Shown: positions 17,863 to 28,350, numbered from the stretch's first letter. The stretch: DNA of 64,000 nt from a virus (IMGVR_UViG_3300042503_001430:23584-87583), one strand, 5' to 3'. The notes: generated from the sequence alone by a model not told the origin. Made by a program: numbers and translations.

Positions 17863-19797
17863 GTGTTCATGAAAAATTTACCAACGCTGTACCAACAGTT
17901 CATTCACCTGTCTCGATATAGCCGGTGGTTGCCCGAAAAGGGTCGCAGAGAAACTTGGGAAGAAACAGTAAGTCGATATTTCACTTTCTTTGAGAATCAT
18001 CTCAAATCACGATGTGACTTTTCATTCAAAAAGTCTGCACAAGAAGAGTTGAAAGAAGCTATTTTGTCTCTTGATGTCATGCCGTCTATGCGGTGCTTGA
18101 TGACCGCAGGTGAAGCACTAGAGCGTGACGAAGCTGCTGGTTATAACTGCTCATTCATAGCAATCGATAACCCAAGAGCTTTCGATGAAATTCTGTACAT
18201 TCTTTCGTGTGGTACTGGTGTTGGTTTCTCGGTTGAGCGACAGTACGTTTCTCAGTTACCGTATATTGCAGAGTCTTTCTATGACTCAGATACAACTATT
18301 GTTGTTCAAGATTCACGTATTGGGTGGGCAAAAGCTCTCAAAGAATTGATTGGTCTTCTCTATCAGGGTCAAGTGCCAAAGTTTGATGTAAGTCGTGTTA
18401 GACCTTCTGGTGCGCCACTCAAGACGTTTGGTGGTAGAGCATCAGGTCCAGCACCCCTCGTCGCATTGTTTGAATTCTGCATCAAGACTTTCCGTTCTGC
18501 TGCGGGTAGAAAGCTACAGTCGATAGAGTGTCATGATATTGTCTGTAAGATTGCAGAAGTCATCGTGGTTGGTGGTGTTCGTCGTTCTGCACTCATTTCA
18601 TTAAGTAACTTGTCTGATGACAGAATGCGAGCAGCAAAATCTGGTCAGTGGTGGATTGAAAACGTACAACGTGCTCTCGCAAATAACAGTGCTTGCTACA
18701 CTGAGAAGCCAGACATTGGCATCTTCATGGATGAATGGAAATCACTCTATGAGTCACGTTCTGGTGAGCGAGGTCTGTTCAATCTCGTAGCAGCTAAGAA
18801 GGGTGCAGAAAACCTCGGTAAAAATTCTGATGGTGAGCAGCGCCGAGATGCATCTAAGATTGCAGGTACAAATCCATGTGCAGAGATTCTTTTGAGAAAT
18901 CGTGGGTTCTGTAACTTATCTGAAGTAGTTGTTCGTGCTGAAGATACCAAAGACACACTACTGAAGAAGGTTGAGCTTGCTACTATTCTCGGTACGATAC
19001 AATCAACCCTCACTAATTTCAGATACCTCACACGAGACTGGCAAAAGAATGCAGAAGAAGAGCGTCTTCTTGGTGTGTCTCTTACAGGTATTCTTGATAA
19101 TGAGTTCATGTCAACACCGTCTGATGAGCTTAAAGAGTTTCTGGTTGAGCTTCGTGACAGAGCAATTCAAGTTAATCGCAAGTGGGCAAAGATGCTCGGC
19201 ATACCTGAGTCTGCTGCAATCACATGCGTCAAACCTTCAGGTACGGTGTCTCAGTTAGTTGACAGTGCGTCTGGTATTCACCCTCGTCACTCAGAGTACT
19301 ACATTCGAACGGTTCGATCTGACAACAAAGATCCGTTATGTGTTTTGATGAAGAACATGGGGTTCCCAAATGAGCCAGATGTTACCAAACCAGAACATAC
19401 AACCGTGTTTTCGTTTCCTGTTCAGTCGCCTGGTGGTGCAAAGTATAGAGATAGTCTGACGGCGATTCAGCACCTTGAATTGTGGCTTTTCTATAAGAAG
19501 TTCTGGGCTGAACATACAGTGTCTATCACCATCTCGGTAAAAGAGCATGAGTGGCTCGATGTCGCAGCGTATGTCTACAAAAACTTTGACCACATTTCTG
19601 GAATATCATTCTTACCGTTCAGTGATCATGTATACAAACAAGCACCTTATCAAGATTGCACCCAAGAGCAGTTCCAAGAGTTGGATTCTAAGATGCCAGC
19701 AGATGTTGATTGGACTAAATTGTCCGTGTACGAAAAAGAAGACACGACAACATCGTCCAAAGAGTTGGCGTGTTCTGCTGGACATTGTGAGATGTAG
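17863..19797 (+). CDS. nrdJ: Ribonucleotide reductase, class II (B12-dependent) type
   Basis: YNCSF, GTGVGFSVE, GGVRRSA, TNPCAEI, CNLSE, VKPSGTVSQL, C-terminal CSAGHCE; no nrdB adjacent. Confidence 0.88.
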   Translation: MFMKNLPTLYQQFIHLSRYSRWLPEKGRRETWEETVSRYFTFFENHLKSRCDFSFKKSAQEELKEAILSLDVMPSMRCLMTAGEALERDEAAGYNCSFIAIDNPRAFDEILYILSCGTGVGFSVERQYVSQLPYIAESFYDSDTTIVVQDSRIGWAKALKELIGLLYQGQVPKFDVSRVRPSGAPLKTFGGRASGPAPLVALFEFCIKTFRSAAGRKLQSIECHDIVCKIAEVIVVGGVRRSALISLSNLSDDRMRAAKSGQWWIENVQRALANNSACYTEKPDIGIFMDEWKSLYESRSGERGLFNLVAAKKGAENLGKNSDGEQRRDASKIAGTNPCAEILLRNRGFCNLSEVVVRAEDTKDTLLKKVELATILGTIQSTLTNFRYLTRDWQKNAEEERLLGVSLTGILDNEFMSTPSDELKEFLVELRDRAIQVNRKWAKMLGIPESAAITCVKPSGTVSQLVDSASGIHPRHSEYYIRTVRSDNKDPLCVLMKNMGFPNEPDVTKPEHTTVFSFPVQSPGGAKYRDSLTAIQHLELWLFYKKFWAEHTVSITISVKEHEWLDVAAYVYKNFDHISGISFLPFSDHVYKQAPYQDCTQEQFQELDSKMPADVDWTKLSVYEKEDTTTSSKELACSAGHCEM

Positions 19798-19799
19798 TA

Positions 19800-20018
19800 A
19801 TGAAGAAAATCAAAAAAGAGATCGAATGCTATGAATGTGATCTGAAGTTCACACTACAGTACAAAGGGAAGAAAACCCCTCAGTGTTGTCCGTTTTGTGG
19901 TGAGGGTGTTCATGTCGTTGAAGAGACTCCATTCTTGAAAGACTTCGATGAGTACGATAACTTTGATGATGCAGAATACTTCGATGAGTCTGAAGACTGG
20001 GACGATGAGGATGAATGA
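19800..20018 (+). CDS. Small zinc-ribbon protein with acidic tail
   Basis: CYEC...CPFCG. Confidence 0.7.
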   Translation: MKKIKKEIECYECDLKFTLQYKGKKTPQCCPFCGEGVHVVEETPFLKDFDEYDNFDDAEYFDESEDWDDEDE

Positions 20019-20554
20019 ACATCGTAGTCGGTATAGACTATTCGATGTCGAGTCCTTCGGTGTGTGTTCACACAGGTAGCGAGTGGTCTTTTAGTAATTG
20101 CAAATTCTACTTTTTGACGAGCAAGAAGAAATGCCAGTTTAATGATGGTCGTTTCTTCGGCTCGCCACACTCCGATTTCTCGTCTCAAGAAGAGAGATTC
20201 AATTCAATCGCTTCTTGGTCTATGTCTCATATACCACCACATGCAAACGTCTACATTGAGGGGTATGCATTTGCAGCAAAGGGTGTTGTGTTTAATATTG
20301 CAGAGAACACAGGTGTGCTCAAGCACAAGCTCTTTCTTAGAAATAAAAACACCCTCAGTGTTGTGGCGCCATCAGCAGTGAAGAAGTATGCAACCGGCAA
20401 AGGTAATGCAGATAAGATGCTCATGCATGAAAGTTTTGTTACAGACACGCAATTTGATATTTCAGCAGCGATTAATTGTAACGAGGGTGAGTCGCCAATG
20501 TCTGACATTGTGGATTCATACTTCATAGCGAAATATGCGTTCCATCAATCCTAA
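20015..20554 (+). CDS. RuvC-like (RNase H fold) resolvase/nuclease
   Basis: GIDYSMSSP, IEGYAF, IAENTGVLK, KKYATGKGNADK, DIVDSY. Confidence 0.85.
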   Translation: MNIVVGIDYSMSSPSVCVHTGSEWSFSNCKFYFLTSKKKCQFNDGRFFGSPHSDFSSQEERFNSIASWSMSHIPPHANVYIEGYAFAAKGVVFNIAENTGVLKHKLFLRNKNTLSVVAPSAVKKYATGKGNADKMLMHESFVTDTQFDISAAINCNEGESPMSDIVDSYFIAKYAFHQS

Positions 20555-20609
20555 TGAACAAACGCATACCTCTGGTAAGAACCCTTAATCCTATTAAAAA
20601 TGTGGTGTT

Positions 20610-20671
20610 TAAGTAATTGATATTATTTGTGTAAAAAACGTCTTTTTTCTGGTTTCTGAATATGCTATACT
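20610..20671 (+). promoter_or_regulatory. IHF-consensus site upstream of extended -10 promoter
   Basis: TAAGTAATTGATA matches reverse of WATCAANNNNTTR exactly; TGCTATACT at 20663-20671. Confidence 0.5.
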
Positions 20672-20701
20672 GGTTGTATATCTTTTTGGAGAACCGCAGA
20701 A

Positions 20702-21808
20702 ATGGCAAAACGTGTGAAGAGCATCAATCGTGCCCAAGTAGAGTTGAATGAGCCAACTTTCAAGAGCACCGAGCCGCAAGCTGAGTTGGTGTCGATACTA
20801 AATTGGTATAGTTACAATAAAGACTCTGACGATGCGAAGACCTACTTTCTCACATACCTCAAGAAGTATGACATGGACGTTTTCGACAAATTAAAGACGA
20901 AAGCTTCTGAGATTCGTGTACCTACGACTATCGGGTGGTTGTGTCGAATTTACACACTGAATGAGTCATTGTTTCCTTTGCAGTATCTCAAGAACATTAA
21001 AGACGAGACAAATCGAGTCTTGCAGGTTGTCTCTACACCCACCGAAAGTGAGACTGCCGAAACAAAACCTCGTGTGGGTGTTCAAGAGCATTTACATAAT
21101 CAGCTTAAAGAATTGCTCGGTGAGCTTGATTGTGAGATTGATGAGTTTGTGTTGAATAACTGCAAATCTTCTTTCTCACTCTATGAGTGGATGCAGCACC
21201 GAAAGGTAAAGCATGTTCACGCAAAAAGTATTGCTGAGTACTACGAGAAGAGCATCTTAGCAGAACTTAAACTTGCACATAGTGGTGAGTGTGAGCAGCT
21301 AAAAGAGGCATATTCGTTTCTTTCGAAGAATCAGTTGACCACATTCATCAAGTTCATCGAAGGGTTTATTGAAGATGCAAATCGATGGCAAGGTATTGCG
21401 AAACAAATATCAAGCACGAATCGTGTGCCACGAAAGAGAAAAGCAAAACCAGCAGCGAAGCAGGTCGAAAAGCTTCAGTACCTCAAAGAGCACGAAAATC
21501 TCAAGAGCATCTTACCTTCACAAATAGTTGGTGCTACGCAGTTATGGGTATACAACGTCAAGTATAAGACGTTGGGTGTATACATCTGCAACAACGCACA
21601 TGGATTCATGGTGAAGGGTTGTACGATATTGAATTATGACTTAGAAGAGTCCATTTCCAAAACTTTGAGAAAGCCTGAAGATGTGCTTCCAAGTGTTCTT
21701 GAATCTGGAAAAGTAGCTTTGCGGAAAATACTACCTTCCATCAGAACGAAGGAAAAAAAGTTGACCGGACGCATCAATAAAGATACACTACTACTCAGAG
21801 TACTGTAG
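20702..21808 (+). CDS. Conserved T4-like hypothetical protein
   Basis: LNWYSY...IVGATQLWVYNVKYKTL...SKTLRKPE...LTGRINKDTLLLRV. Confidence 0.75.
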   Translation: MAKRVKSINRAQVELNEPTFKSTEPQAELVSILNWYSYNKDSDDAKTYFLTYLKKYDMDVFDKLKTKASEIRVPTTIGWLCRIYTLNESLFPLQYLKNIKDETNRVLQVVSTPTESETAETKPRVGVQEHLHNQLKELLGELDCEIDEFVLNNCKSSFSLYEWMQHRKVKHVHAKSIAEYYEKSILAELKLAHSGECEQLKEAYSFLSKNQLTTFIKFIEGFIEDANRWQGIAKQISSTNRVPRKRKAKPAAKQVEKLQYLKEHENLKSILPSQIVGATQLWVYNVKYKTLGVYICNNAHGFMVKGCTILNYDLEESISKTLRKPEDVLPSVLESGKVALRKILPSIRTKEKKLTGRINKDTLLLRVL

Positions 21809-21809
21809 T

Positions 21810-23165
21810 ATGAAAAGTATATTTTTTGATCTTGAGACCACCGACCTAAACACGGTAGGTCAAATTCTTAATTACGCATTTGTCGAGATTGACGAAAATT
21901 GGACAATGCGCTCTTGCTTGCGTGGTAAGATTAAACTGTCACGATTGCAGTTGCCGAGCCCTGGTGCAATCTGCGCCACGAATACTGATGTGTTTGAGCA
22001 CAACAGCACATCAGATTCTACCGAAGCTGTAGCGATGGCAAAAATTCAAAAATACCTCGCAGATATTGTCGAGTGGGATGATACTCGATTGATCGGGTAC
22101 AACTCAAACAAGTTCGACATACCATACCTTCGTACGAGCATGATTCGAAATGGGTTGAATCCATACTTTGGTGGTAGCATCAAGTATGGTGATCTCATTC
22201 AAGTAGTTCGTCGTCTTGCATGTGATAATCAAGCATTCGTCGATAAGCTTATCAAGAAAGAGAATGGTCAACCATCATTTACTCTTGAATCGATTGCACG
22301 TTCGTTTGGGTTGCTAGAAGAAGAGCAGAAGCACGAATCTCTATATGACGTGATGCTGACAATCAAGGTTGCTCAATACATTCATGAGAACTACGGCATT
22401 GATGTTCGAGAGTATCAGGGGTATGAAGTTACCAAGAAGAATTTCGATGTCATCAAGGTATTTCCATATACTGATCATGAAGGTAACAAGGTAGCTGATG
22501 ACTACTGTTACATGGCTCTTCTTCAACAGAACAAGACACAAGCTCTCTGGATTAACCTCAAGAAGTATGAAGAGGGTTTAGGTAAAGAAGCAGTGTCGTG
22601 GTACAACAAGAACACATCAGCACTCTATGTAAAAGAGTTTGTGTCTGGTGACGACTTTGCAAAACGAGCAGACAAAGCACGTAAAGACCTATCACACATT
22701 ACCATCGACAATTTCTTTGGTCCTAAGAACTGTGATGTTGAGCAGTTCATTTTCATGCTGCCAATATCTGAGATTGGTGCTCTCTACGAAGCAATATGGA
22801 TGAAAGACCCAACCACCCTCAAGACCATGAAGAGTCGATATGGTAGTCAACTGTACTTGAGACACCTATCGAACGAAGCACCAATCGAAAACATCGAATC
22901 TCAGATTAAAGATTATGCACTCTATCGCTATGGTGGTCGAATGAAGATCAGCAAAGAGAACTTCGATAGTAAGTATGAAGCTGGTGTGTATAGTGCAGAC
23001 TTTCATCCAACATACAATGAGCTATTGAATCAGATAGATGAGCTTTCTAAGAATGAGAAACACTCTCATGTTATGCAACAGCTCAAGAAGTACTACGAGA
23101 CGAGCACCATTAGCTCTATCGCAGGTGAAGACTTGAAGAAGATCGTTAGACAAAAGACTGAATAG
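21810..23165 (+). CDS. DEDDh 3'-5' exonuclease (ExoI/DnaQ-like)
   Basis: FFDLETT, GYNSNKFDIPYL, HESLYDV. Confidence 0.85.
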   Translation: MKSIFFDLETTDLNTVGQILNYAFVEIDENWTMRSCLRGKIKLSRLQLPSPGAICATNTDVFEHNSTSDSTEAVAMAKIQKYLADIVEWDDTRLIGYNSNKFDIPYLRTSMIRNGLNPYFGGSIKYGDLIQVVRRLACDNQAFVDKLIKKENGQPSFTLESIARSFGLLEEEQKHESLYDVMLTIKVAQYIHENYGIDVREYQGYEVTKKNFDVIKVFPYTDHEGNKVADDYCYMALLQQNKTQALWINLKKYEEGLGKEAVSWYNKNTSALYVKEFVSGDDFAKRADKARKDLSHITIDNFFGPKNCDVEQFIFMLPISEIGALYEAIWMKDPTTLKTMKSRYGSQLYLRHLSNEAPIENIESQIKDYALYRYGGRMKISKENFDSKYEAGVYSADFHPTYNELLNQIDELSKNEKHSHVMQQLKKYYETSTISSIAGEDLKKIVRQKTE

Positions 23166-23167
23166 AT

Positions 23168-23446
23168 ATGAAACTCTTTCGTAGAAAAGTAAAACTGGGT
23201 CCCATAAGTCTGCTTGCTCGCCGTGATAATCTGTTGACCAAGATGGATTTTGTACTCGACACACTTGAGCACAGTAAGTTTGACATTCTCTATATGGAGA
23301 ACTTGAAAAATCCACTGACAACCGACGAGCGTGTGTACTTCATACAGCAGATAGATAGAATTGAGTCTGCAAAGAAAACCGTCATGTGGATGAAAGAGAA
23401 TGCGAAGAATAATACACCATTCTGGAGACGATTATTGAGATGGTAA
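23168..23446 (+). CDS. Hypothetical protein
   Basis: Tightly packed ORF. Confidence 0.55.
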   Translation: MKLFRRKVKLGPISLLARRDNLLTKMDFVLDTLEHSKFDILYMENLKNPLTTDERVYFIQQIDRIESAKKTVMWMKENAKNNTPFWRRLLRW

Positions 23447-23682
23447 GTTCAACCTTCATATACACAGTAATAGCAAGTCTGATCAGTTTTCTCTTTGGTC
23501 GATATTGTGGTCGTGTCGAAGCTGCAATCATCTTCGGACAACGCATAAATTCGATAATCGATGCTATGCGAAAAGTTGAGAAGATCGCTGCTCTCAAGGG
23601 TGAAGATATGTCGAAGCTGTCTACAAGTGAGATCGTACACAGAACTCAAAAGCAGATGGAGATTATCGACGATGATTCATAG
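23440..23682 (+). CDS. Small membrane protein
   Basis: N-terminal TM. Confidence 0.55.
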   Translation: MVSSTFIYTVIASLISFLFGRYCGRVEAAIIFGQRINSIIDAMRKVEKIAALKGEDMSKLSTSEIVHRTQKQMEIIDDDS

Positions 23683-23793
23683 CTTTTTCTTCATCTTCAT
23701 GACGCTAGTGTTCACACTTTCTGTGTTTGCTATTGGATATTCTGTTGGGTACGACTCTGCTATCGATGATATGAAGAAGGTGCGTAATAGAAA

Positions 23794-24432
23794 ATGAACT
23801 GGGAGCAACTTCTCAAAGATGAGATTGTAAAAGATTACTTTGTTGAGTTGACCAAGACAGTCAAAGCAACATCGAATCTGTGTCCACCTGTCAATCAGAT
23901 GTTCAGAGCATTTGAACTGACGCCATTCGAAACAATTAAGGTTGTTATCTTGGGTCAAGATCCATACCACGGCGAGGGACAAGCTAACGGACTTGCATTT
24001 TCTGTCAACAATGAATGTCCGGTGCCACCATCTCTAATCAACATATTTTTTGAGCTTGATAAAGACCTCAACATCAAAAACCGAAATGGTGATTTAGCAC
24101 CCTGGGCTACGCAAGGTGTTCTTCTTTTGAATTCGATCATGACTGTTGAGAAAGACAAACCAGGTTCTCATGTAAACCTCGGGTGGGAGAAGTTCACCGA
24201 CAAGATCATCTCTGATGTTTCAACCCACTTGTCTAATGTGGTGTTCATTTTGTGGGGTAACTACGCACAGTCGAAAGAGTCTCTGATTGATGTGAGCAAG
24301 CATCTTATCATCAAGTCGTCACACCCATCACCACTCTCTGCATACATAAATTTTTTTGATTCTAAACCATTTTCTACTACGAATGAATACTTGAAGAGTC
24401 ATTCGAAAGTACCTATTGATTGGAGAACATAA
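23794..24432 (+). CDS. ung: Uracil-DNA glycosylase family 1
   Basis: GQDPYH, GLAFSV, QGVLLLN, HPSPLS. Confidence 0.96.
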   Translation: MNWEQLLKDEIVKDYFVELTKTVKATSNLCPPVNQMFRAFELTPFETIKVVILGQDPYHGEGQANGLAFSVNNECPVPPSLINIFFELDKDLNIKNRNGDLAPWATQGVLLLNSIMTVEKDKPGSHVNLGWEKFTDKIISDVSTHLSNVVFILWGNYAQSKESLIDVSKHLIIKSSHPSPLSAYINFFDSKPFSTTNEYLKSHSKVPIDWRT

Positions 24433-24679
24433 CGTGATTGCTGCTATTATTATCATGCTCGGTCTGTTCGTGTCTGGATTTGTTGTGGGTTACACCGCAC
24501 GATATTCAGATGAGCAGAATATCTGTCGTCGAATTGAAAAAGATGTCTACTGTCATGGTTATGAAGACGGTTTCTACCTTGGTTGGGGTGAGTATGAACC
24601 CGAAGCGTTTCGTAAAGAGATTGCAGAGAAAGCATACTACGAGTACAAGGGTCTAAAGCACGGACCAGAAAGACACTAA
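24416..24679 (+). CDS. Small membrane protein
   Basis: TM followed by GYEDGF. Confidence 0.55.
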   Translation: MIGEHNVIAAIIIMLGLFVSGFVVGYTARYSDEQNICRRIEKDVYCHGYEDGFYLGWGEYEPEAFRKEIAEKAYYEYKGLKHGPERH

Positions 24680-24680
24680 A

Positions 24681-25496
24681 ATGAACTTCGAATTTCTCTC
24701 CGACACGTCTGATGAGTATCTTTCACTCATCTCTGGGTGGCAAGATCCATACCCAACACCCGCCTTGGAGCAACATAATGGCATCTACGTTGTTCGTGAT
24801 GATTTGCTTACTGCGGGTACAAAAATACGTGGTGCAGATTACTTAATAGGTCACTGCCCTAAGCACAAGAATATCAAAGAGTGGGTGTATGGTTCTTGTC
24901 CCGCAACGGGGTATGCACAGATCAGTCTTCCGTTTTTGTGTAACAGGTACGATAAGAAAGCTGTCATCTTCATGGCAGAAAGAAGCATGGACAAACTCCA
25001 TGAATATCAGAAGAGGGGTATTGCTCTTGGTGCTCAGTATCATTGGGTACCTGATGGCATGTTGAATGTCACCAAGAAGAGAGCGAAAGATTATGTTGCA
25101 GAAGATCCTGAGACTCGTGCTCTGTTGCCGATAGGTCTTGAACACCCTACAGTGTTCGCATGTTTCATTAAGGTTGCACGTTCGCTGCCTATTACACCTC
25201 GCCACGTTTGGTCTGTTGGTTCTAGTGGTACGTTGAGCAGAGCGTTACAGTTGGCATGGCCACATGCAGAAGTGCACGTTGTGTCTTCTGGTGGCCACAA
25301 CATGAATTCACGTGAGATTGGTCGAGCAATCTTTCACCCATCGAAGTATAAATGGAACCAGACGGTAAAGAAGAACGAGCTTCCTCCATTTCCTAGCGCA
25401 CCAGAATATGACGCAAAAGCTTGGAAGCCGATGCTTGATTACTACGAAACGCATGAGAGAGTTGAACCCATTTTGTTTTGGAATGTAGGTGCATAA
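24681..25496 (+). CDS. PLP-dependent fold II (PALP; D-cysteine desulfhydrase/ACC deaminase-like) enzyme
   Basis: VVRDDL..AGTKIRG, VGSSGTLS, YDAKAW, LFWNVG. Confidence 0.75.
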   Translation: MNFEFLSDTSDEYLSLISGWQDPYPTPALEQHNGIYVVRDDLLTAGTKIRGADYLIGHCPKHKNIKEWVYGSCPATGYAQISLPFLCNRYDKKAVIFMAERSMDKLHEYQKRGIALGAQYHWVPDGMLNVTKKRAKDYVAEDPETRALLPIGLEHPTVFACFIKVARSLPITPRHVWSVGSSGTLSRALQLAWPHAEVHVVSSGGHNMNSREIGRAIFHPSKYKWNQTVKKNELPPFPSAPEYDAKAWKPMLDYYETHERVEPILFWNVGA

Positions 25497-26851
25497 TGAC
25501 CACGTTTACATCACTGTCGAATCTGCCGGTTGAGAAGACAAAGCGAATCTTGGTGTACCCAAACATCACGAGCAAGAACTACGAGACTGATAGCTACGTT
25601 GATGCACTGTCGATGATGATCTCATCTCTCAGAAAAGAGAGAAGCGATCTGTTTTGGCACATCATATCACCAGCGAAGCTTAAATCTCTTGAGTTTGAGA
25701 ACACACACCAGTTTGTGATTGGTGGGTTCAATACGTACTCACCACAGATGCGTATTCACTTCAACACCGATGAGTTCAAGCGAGAGATATTGAACTACAA
25801 AGACTACCAGTACGATATGGTGTTCAGTCATTTACCTGAACATACCCTTCAGTTGATGAACCTCTTGAAGTATCAGACACACTTCGATGTGCGCTGTCTT
25901 GGGTACTGTCACTGGTTTGACTTTCCTAAGATCGTAACGTGGAAAGACACCTTCATGAACAACATTACGGGTCTTCTCGAAATGGACAAATGCTTCGTGA
26001 ACACCAACGCACAGAAGAACCTTGCGATCAAAACTGCACGACAGTTTTTCTCTGATTCTGTTATCGCCAAGCTCGAAACGATACTTGAGCCGAACTACCT
26101 TGGTATCAAAGAGAGTGACTGTACATCAGCACCACGAAAGACTACTGAGAAAATTATTGCATTCAACCATCGCCCTTGGGTGTACAAAGACTACGACACG
26201 TTCATCGAAACCTGTGACAAGTTGTGGGAGAAGCGTAAAGATTTTCGTGTTTGGGTGCCGTTAGAGAAGACATCAATACGACCGTACATGTACACAGATA
26301 AGTTTGACAAGCGTGGGTACTATGATCACCTGTCGAAGTGTCGTGTGTGCTATGCACCAAAGCAGAAATATGCTGGGTGGAGTATTTCTGCTACTGATTC
26401 GATGATGAATGGGTGTCCGGTTGTGTTCTACAACGGTGACTACTACCACGAGATTTGTCCTGAAGGTGTATCAGATCACTTCACTGATATTGATTCGTCT
26501 GTTGCGCTACTAGAGAAATACCTCGATGACAATACGTATCGAAATAACAAAGCACAAGAACAACTCAACTGGGCAAGTGACGTGCTACCGTATGGTCGTA
26601 GGTCTTCGCATCAGCTTTCTAAAGCTATTGATGCTGTGCTTGATAATAGCGTTTGTGTACAGTCTCAGAACAAGCTTGGTGAATTGAAAGCGTTCATCAA
26701 AAGCCGTGGAGTTGTTTCCAAACGTGAGCTTCTGACGCACTTCAAATGGGGTCAGGGTATCAATTTTACCAGATACCGAACCGCATTGATGAAAGATCCA
26801 AATATCTTCGATTTCCAAAATACTGCCGATCCACATTTTGTGTGGAAGTGA
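25496..26851 (+). CDS. GT-B (GT4-like) glycosyltransferase, possible DNA modification
   Basis: ILVYPNI, DMVFSHLPEH, IAFNHR, GWSISATDSMMNGCPV. Confidence 0.75.
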   Translation: MTTFTSLSNLPVEKTKRILVYPNITSKNYETDSYVDALSMMISSLRKERSDLFWHIISPAKLKSLEFENTHQFVIGGFNTYSPQMRIHFNTDEFKREILNYKDYQYDMVFSHLPEHTLQLMNLLKYQTHFDVRCLGYCHWFDFPKIVTWKDTFMNNITGLLEMDKCFVNTNAQKNLAIKTARQFFSDSVIAKLETILEPNYLGIKESDCTSAPRKTTEKIIAFNHRPWVYKDYDTFIETCDKLWEKRKDFRVWVPLEKTSIRPYMYTDKFDKRGYYDHLSKCRVCYAPKQKYAGWSISATDSMMNGCPVVFYNGDYYHEICPEGVSDHFTDIDSSVALLEKYLDDNTYRNNKAQEQLNWASDVLPYGRRSSHQLSKAIDAVLDNSVCVQSQNKLGELKAFIKSRGVVSKRELLTHFKWGQGINFTRYRTALMKDPNIFDFQNTADPHFVWK

Positions 26852-26921
26852 GTATAATTCTTTACAACAACAATGCGCTCGTGTATAATAAAAGGTAGAA
26901 CTACAAAGTAGCGGAGGCGTT

Positions 26922-27809
26922 ATTATACTCATTGATTTCAACCAAACCCTCATATCGAATTTGATGTCGCAGATAAGCTCGAACCCTACAGCTCAGTTAT
27001 CAGAAGACATGATTCGTCATATGGTGCTCACATCAATCTTGTCATACAAGCGCAAGTTCGGTGACAAGTATGGTCAGATGGTTTTCTGTACTGATGACAG
27101 AAAGTACTGGCGTAAAGAATTCTTCCCGTACTACAAAGCAAACCGCAAGAAAATGCGTGATGCATCAAAGTTCGACTGGAATCTCATCTTCACCACACTG
27201 AACAAGATTCGTGATGAGATCGCAGATAAGTTTCCGTATGTGGTGATTCGTGTTGAGGGTGCAGAAGCAGATGACATTGTTGCTACGATGTGTAAGTACA
27301 CTCAGTCACACCGACTCATTCAAGAGGGGTTAGACCAGGTACCTGAACCTGTAATGATCTTGTCTGGTGACAAAGACTTCTTACAGTTGCAGAAATACCC
27401 GAACGTACATCAGTACTCACCTATTCTCAAGAAGTTTCTTATTGAGAAAGAGCCACAGCGATACTTGCTTGAGCACATCTTGACTGGCGACTCTGGTGAC
27501 GGAATACCAAACTTCTTATCGAACGATGCTGTGTTCGTGACGCCAGATCAGAGACAGAAGCCTATCCGAAAAGACAAGCTTGCTGAGTGGGTTGCTTCTG
27601 ACAATTTGGAATCTATGTTCGACGAGACCATGCTCAGAAACTTCAAGAGAAACCAAACTCTCATTGATTTGAGCAACGTACCTCCAAAAATCGAGCAGAA
27701 AATCATAGAAGCCTTCGAAAAAGGTCCACAAGGTGAGCGACGGAATTTACTAAATTATTTCATAGAGAATCGTCTCAAATACTTAATGGAAAGTATTTCA
27801 GAGTTTTGA
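26922..27809 (+). CDS. rnh: T4-type RNase H / 5'-3' exonuclease; inferred ATT (or ATA) start
   Basis: (M)ILIDFNQ N-terminus upstream of the listed ORF, YWRK...YKANR, EADD, SGDKDFLQLQ, GDSGDGIPN. Confidence 0.93.
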   Translation: MILIDFNQTLISNLMSQISSNPTAQLSEDMIRHMVLTSILSYKRKFGDKYGQMVFCTDDRKYWRKEFFPYYKANRKKMRDASKFDWNLIFTTLNKIRDEIADKFPYVVIRVEGAEADDIVATMCKYTQSHRLIQEGLDQVPEPVMILSGDKDFLQLQKYPNVHQYSPILKKFLIEKEPQRYLLEHILTGDSGDGIPNFLSNDAVFVTPDQRQKPIRKDKLAEWVASDNLESMFDETMLRNFKRNQTLIDLSNVPPKIEQKIIEAFEKGPQGERRNLLNYFIENRLKYLMESISEF

Positions 27810-27816
27810 TGGAGTT

Positions 27817-28350
27817 ATGATGTCTTCCCTGAGTGTTGCAGAGGTTGTTCAGTTATTGAAGTCTGCGAAGACCAAGAACGAGCGAACTCAAATATTGAAA
27901 ACTCATGATTCACCTGCACTGCGTGGAATCTTGAGAATGAATTATGACGCATCTTTGGTTTTGTCGCTACCCGAAGGTAAGCCACCATACACCCCGATGG
28001 CGGTACCACAGGGTTTTGGTAACACGACATTGAAGGTTTCTGCTAAGGGTTGGTACGTTTTCAATAGAGAGAACACACCGAACCTCAGACAGTCAAAACG
28101 AGAGGCGATGTTTATTAGTTTGCTAGAAGCTCTTGATCCGGTAGAAGCAGAAATTCTTCTCGCTGCGAAAGACAAGAAGCTTGAGTTGGGTCTAACCAAA
28201 AAGGCAATCGACGAAGTATTTCCAGGTTTGATAAAATCTGAAGGTAAGACTAATGGCAAAAAAGAACAGTCAGCAAAAGCAGCTAACAACGCAGCAAGCA
28301 CCGCCACTGAGAGCGATGGTGAAGCTGCACGAACTGATACTGACATTTGA
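27817..28350 (+). CDS. Conserved T4-like hypothetical protein
   Basis: LPEGKPPY...KREAMFISLLEALDPVEAEIL; commonly follows rnh. Confidence 0.75.
   Translation: MMSSLSVAEVVQLLKSAKTKNERTQILKTHDSPALRGILRMNYDASLVLSLPEGKPPYTPMAVPQGFGNTTLKVSAKGWYVFNRENTPNLRQSKREAMFISLLEALDPVEAEILLAAKDKKLELGLTKKAIDEVFPGLIKSEGKTNGKKEQSAKAANNAASTATESDGEAARTDTDI

Noticed and set aside
426-19797. Inteins or introns in uvsX, gp41, gp61 and RNR
   Set aside because: Lengths are normal and motifs contiguous
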